Shown here: positions 60,720-64,000 of the stretch, piece after piece
How positions within the stretch are numbered: the stretch's first letter is position 1
Layout of the letters: every line of letters begins with the position of its first letter
Assembly (NCBI RefSeq): GCF_032191835.1
Contig: NC_083225.1
Location: 71,734,001 to 71,798,000, forward strand
DNA from: Heteronotia binoei
Lineage: Eukaryota
Reading direction: 5' to 3'
DNA: 64,000 nucleotides
Program-made: the position numbers and the translations under genes
Notes under the pieces: generated by a model
What the model saw: only the letters and a program-made list of their open reading frames with translations
Told to the model about the DNA's origin: nothing
The model's database searches: none

Positions 60720-61175
60720 GTGGCCAAGGACGCCTTTAATCAACTCCAGCTGTAGACCTTTCTGGGGGAAAAGATCTTGCCACTGTGATGAATACCCTAG
60801 TAACTTCTAGATCATATTACTGCAATGTGCTGTACGTGGAGCTGTCTGTGAAGACTGTCCAGTAGCTACAGATGACAGAGAATGCTGCAGCCAGAATGTT
60901 GACTGGAGTGGGTCATAGGGACCATATCACTTTAGTCTTGGCCCATCTATACTGGCTCCCAATTTGCTTTGGGGCCAAATTCAAGGCATTGACCTTTAAA
61001 ACCCTACATGTCTTGGAGTCAGCACACAAACTACCATATGAATCTACCTGTCCAATCTGGTCATCTTTAGAGGCCCTGTTTCAGGTGCCCTTGCTATCTG
61101 ATGCTAGAGAAGTGGCAAACTGAGAAAGGGCCTTGTTAGCTGTGGTATCAGAACTTTAGAGCTCCCTTCCCAGGG
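60720..61175 (+). mobile_element. Old L2 3' fragment
   Basis: ENAAARMLTGVGHRDHITLVLAHLYWLP, homologous to the C-terminus of the 41233 ORF. Confidence 0.8.
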
Positions 61176-61184
61176 TGAATAAAA

Positions 61185-61995
61185 ACATAAGAACATAAGA
61201 AAAGCCATGTTGGATCAGGCCAGTGGCCCATCCAGTCCAGCACTCTGTGTCACACAGTGACCAAAAAACCCAAGTGCCATCAAGAGGTTCACCAGTGGGG
61301 CCAGGGCACTAGAAGCCCTTCCACTGTGCCCCCCCCCCCCAAGCACCAAGAATACAGAGCATCATTGCTCCAGACAGAGAGTTTCAACAATATGCTGTGG
61401 CTAATAGCCACTGATAGACCTCTGCTCTGTATGCTTATCCAATCCCCTCTTGAAACTGTCTATGCTTGTAGCTGCCACCACCACCAGTGAATTCCATGTG
61501 TTAATCACCCTTTGGGTGAAGTATTTTCTTTTATCAGTTCTAACCCGACTGCTCAGCAATTTCATTGAATGTCCATGAGTTCTTGTATTGTGATAAAGGG
61601 AGAAAAGTATTTTTTTCTCTACCTTCTCTATCCCATGCATAGTCTTGTAAACCTCTGTCATGTCACCTCACAGTCGACATTTCTCCAAATTAAAGAGCCC
61701 CAAGCGTTTTAACCTTTCTTCATAGGGAAAATGTTCCAACCCTTTAATCATTCTAGTTGCCCTTTTCTGCACTTTTTTCAATGCTATAATACCCTTTTTG
61801 AGGTGTGGTGAGGTGCATTATACGATGAGGTGCACCATCGATTTATACAGGGGCATTATGATACTGGCTGATTTGGTTCCAATTCCCTTCCTAATAATTC
61901 CCAGCATGGCGTTGACCTTTTTATTGCAATCGCACACTGTCTCGACATTTTCAGTGTTATCTACCATGACCCCCAAGATCTCTCTCTTGGTCAGT
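61185..61995 (-). mobile_element. CR1 LINE 3' portion
   Basis: Colinear with 34754-35530; EVYKTMHGIEKVEK and NAMLGIIRKGI. Confidence 0.92.
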
Positions 61996-63884
61996 CTCTG
62001 CCAGTTCACAGAATTGTCTGTCTCCCTCTATTGTTGTCTTCCACTAGCAACTGAAGACTTTTTGGTTTGATTTTGCATACCCCTGATAACTTATTGTCCT
62101 CCTCCCTTATTGTCCCTGGTTTTGCTGTTACGTGTGTTTAGCTGTTTTTTTACTTAATTATTTTCTATATATTTTACTTTAAATGTTGTTGTCATGTGAA
62201 AAAGTTTTGATGTTCACCAGCTAGGGAACCATGTTAGGGTAGAAATTTGGCATGTAATGTTTTAAGTAAGGAAAGAAATCCCAGCCCTCATCTTTTCTGC
62301 TCTTTCTATCAAAATAAACACATTTTTCAAATTTAGAATAAGTTGTTACTACTTTCTTTTACAGCTCACAGCATGAGTTTTGAAGCACTCTCAGCATTGT
62401 TATCTCAGGGAAACAAGGAAAGAGTTATCTTCCCATGCCAGTTCCCTGTTTCCTTCTCCTCTTCGGGCTCAAATGGGCTGTTGTCCAGGGTCCTGACTGA
62501 GCCAAAAAGATGTTCCAAGCACCTTTCCCAACATGCTCACTGGCTGAGAACAACCCCTCCCCTACAACTTCACACACATCCATGCTTTTTGTAGCTTTTT
62601 GAATATATCACTCTGCCAAATTGCACCATGAGCCACGCCTCAAGTCTATAATGAGCTGCAAGGTTCCCTGTTACTAACACAGATAAGAATTTTTATCTTT
62701 TTAAAAATATATTTCTACTGTTGATATATAGAATTAAACAGCTTATTTTGTAGACTTCAGATGTCACACTTTAACATTTCAAATATCACATTTTTGAGAG
62801 AGGTCACAATACTTCATCATCTATTGCTGCTTCCTCCTCCCAACAAAGGGCAGCAAATATGCCTCCCAACCAATGCACAACTCGTTTGATCTCCAGTGGT
62901 AACCACATATAGATTTGTGTATTTAAATGAAGAACAACATTAACAATGCAAATAGTTGACACATGCATATTCAATCTAAGCTTGAATTTTAGGTATCTAT
63001 AATTCACTAATTCATGCATAAGCTTTAAATGTTTAAAATTCTGCAGTGAATTAAATATACAGTGGTATGAATGGCAAAAATCTGTTTATATTATGAATGC
63101 AAAGCAAGAAAAAAAAACACCGCCAAGATTTAGATAACAGAGCTGCCTTAGTTATTATACAATTAATACTTTAACATTCCAGACAAGCAATTATAAAACT
63201 GCATCCTGTACATATCATTTCTTAGTGTAAGATATGGCACGATTTCTTTTTCTAATCAAGAAAGCAATGCCATTAAAATTATGTATGGGCATTAAATGCA
63301 TTTCTAAGTAGCGATGAGTCACTATAGTCACACTGTATCTCCTTATTTACATGCTTTACCATCTAACTGTAACGAAAGCCCTGAATCCCTGTTTTCTAAC
63401 TTGCAGTATATTTCTGCCTGCATTCATTTTGGAATCTACTGCTGTGTCAGAGCAATGCACTGTTGCTATGGTGACAGAGATGCTTGACTCTGCTTCATCA
63501 CCTTTGTCCCCCCCCCCCAACTGTCCCTTTTAAATCACCAACTTGCACTGCCAAGGCTTTCAAAAAACAAGAGGTCTGTTTTGAGATCACCTTTCATTTA
63601 AAGCTTTTTAACATTAAAGTATTGTAATGTCATTTTTATTCCTACTTGTAAATAAATGTAAACATCCCTTAGTATATAACAAATTTTATTCTCTTCCTAT
63701 CTCATTGGAAGCCAAAAGCAATTGATATTAATGTCCTAATTAATCTTTACAAACACTCCAAGGGTGGCTTCAGGCACTATAGACAACAGAAAGTATGAAT
63801 GACTAAGAATTTCTTGTCTCTACTTGTTTGTAGCTTCCACAGAAAAACTACTCCTCTGGTGAAAAGTCTGTGCTCCAAATGCAG

Positions 63885-64000
63885 AATTAGAACATGAGAA
63901 TAAAAGAGAAGCCATGTTGGATCAGGCCAATGGCCCATCCAGTCCAACATTCTGTCACACAGTGGCCAAAAAAATCAGGCGCCATCAAGAGGTCCACCAG
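63885..64000 (-). mobile_element. CR1 3' end running off the window
   Basis: GAACATGAGAATAAAAGAGAAGCCATGTTGGATCAGGCC. Confidence 0.85.

Noticed and set aside
1-64000. Host protein-coding gene, operons, CRISPR arrays or other prokaryotic systems
   Set aside because: All recognisable ORFs are transposon-derived, the remaining short ORFs look like chance, and there is no regularly spaced repeat-spacer array.

Overview
Vertebrate genomic DNA with no recognisable host gene, so it is intergenic or deep intronic. The repeat content (Sauria-type, 5S-headed and tRNA-headed SINEs, BovB/RTE, CR1, young L2, many hAT and Harbinger MITEs) points to a squamate reptile, probably a gecko; this is an inference. 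Main elements: (1) a decayed Ngaro-like tyrosine-recombinase retrotransposon at 266-5403 (-) with gag, RT/RNase H, tyrosine recombinase and an SGNH esterase ORF. It has an identical 8-bp core CCCCAAGG at both junctions and sits at the symmetry axis of an imperfect inverted repeat. (2) A 3'-truncated Gypsy element at about 22100-25948 (-) with one LTR and a tRNA-Ser PBS. (3) Two inverted 1.3-kb solo LTRs (44669-45986 and 58331-59672) that both keep a 64-codon hydrophobic ORF. (4) A 2.6-kb young L2 LINE plus CR1 and BovB fragments. (5) Many palindromic MITEs and Penelope-derived pieces with decayed hammerhead motifs. There is a 167-N assembly gap at 12823-12989. All alignments and counts were made by eye, no database searches were run, and family names come from remembered consensus features.
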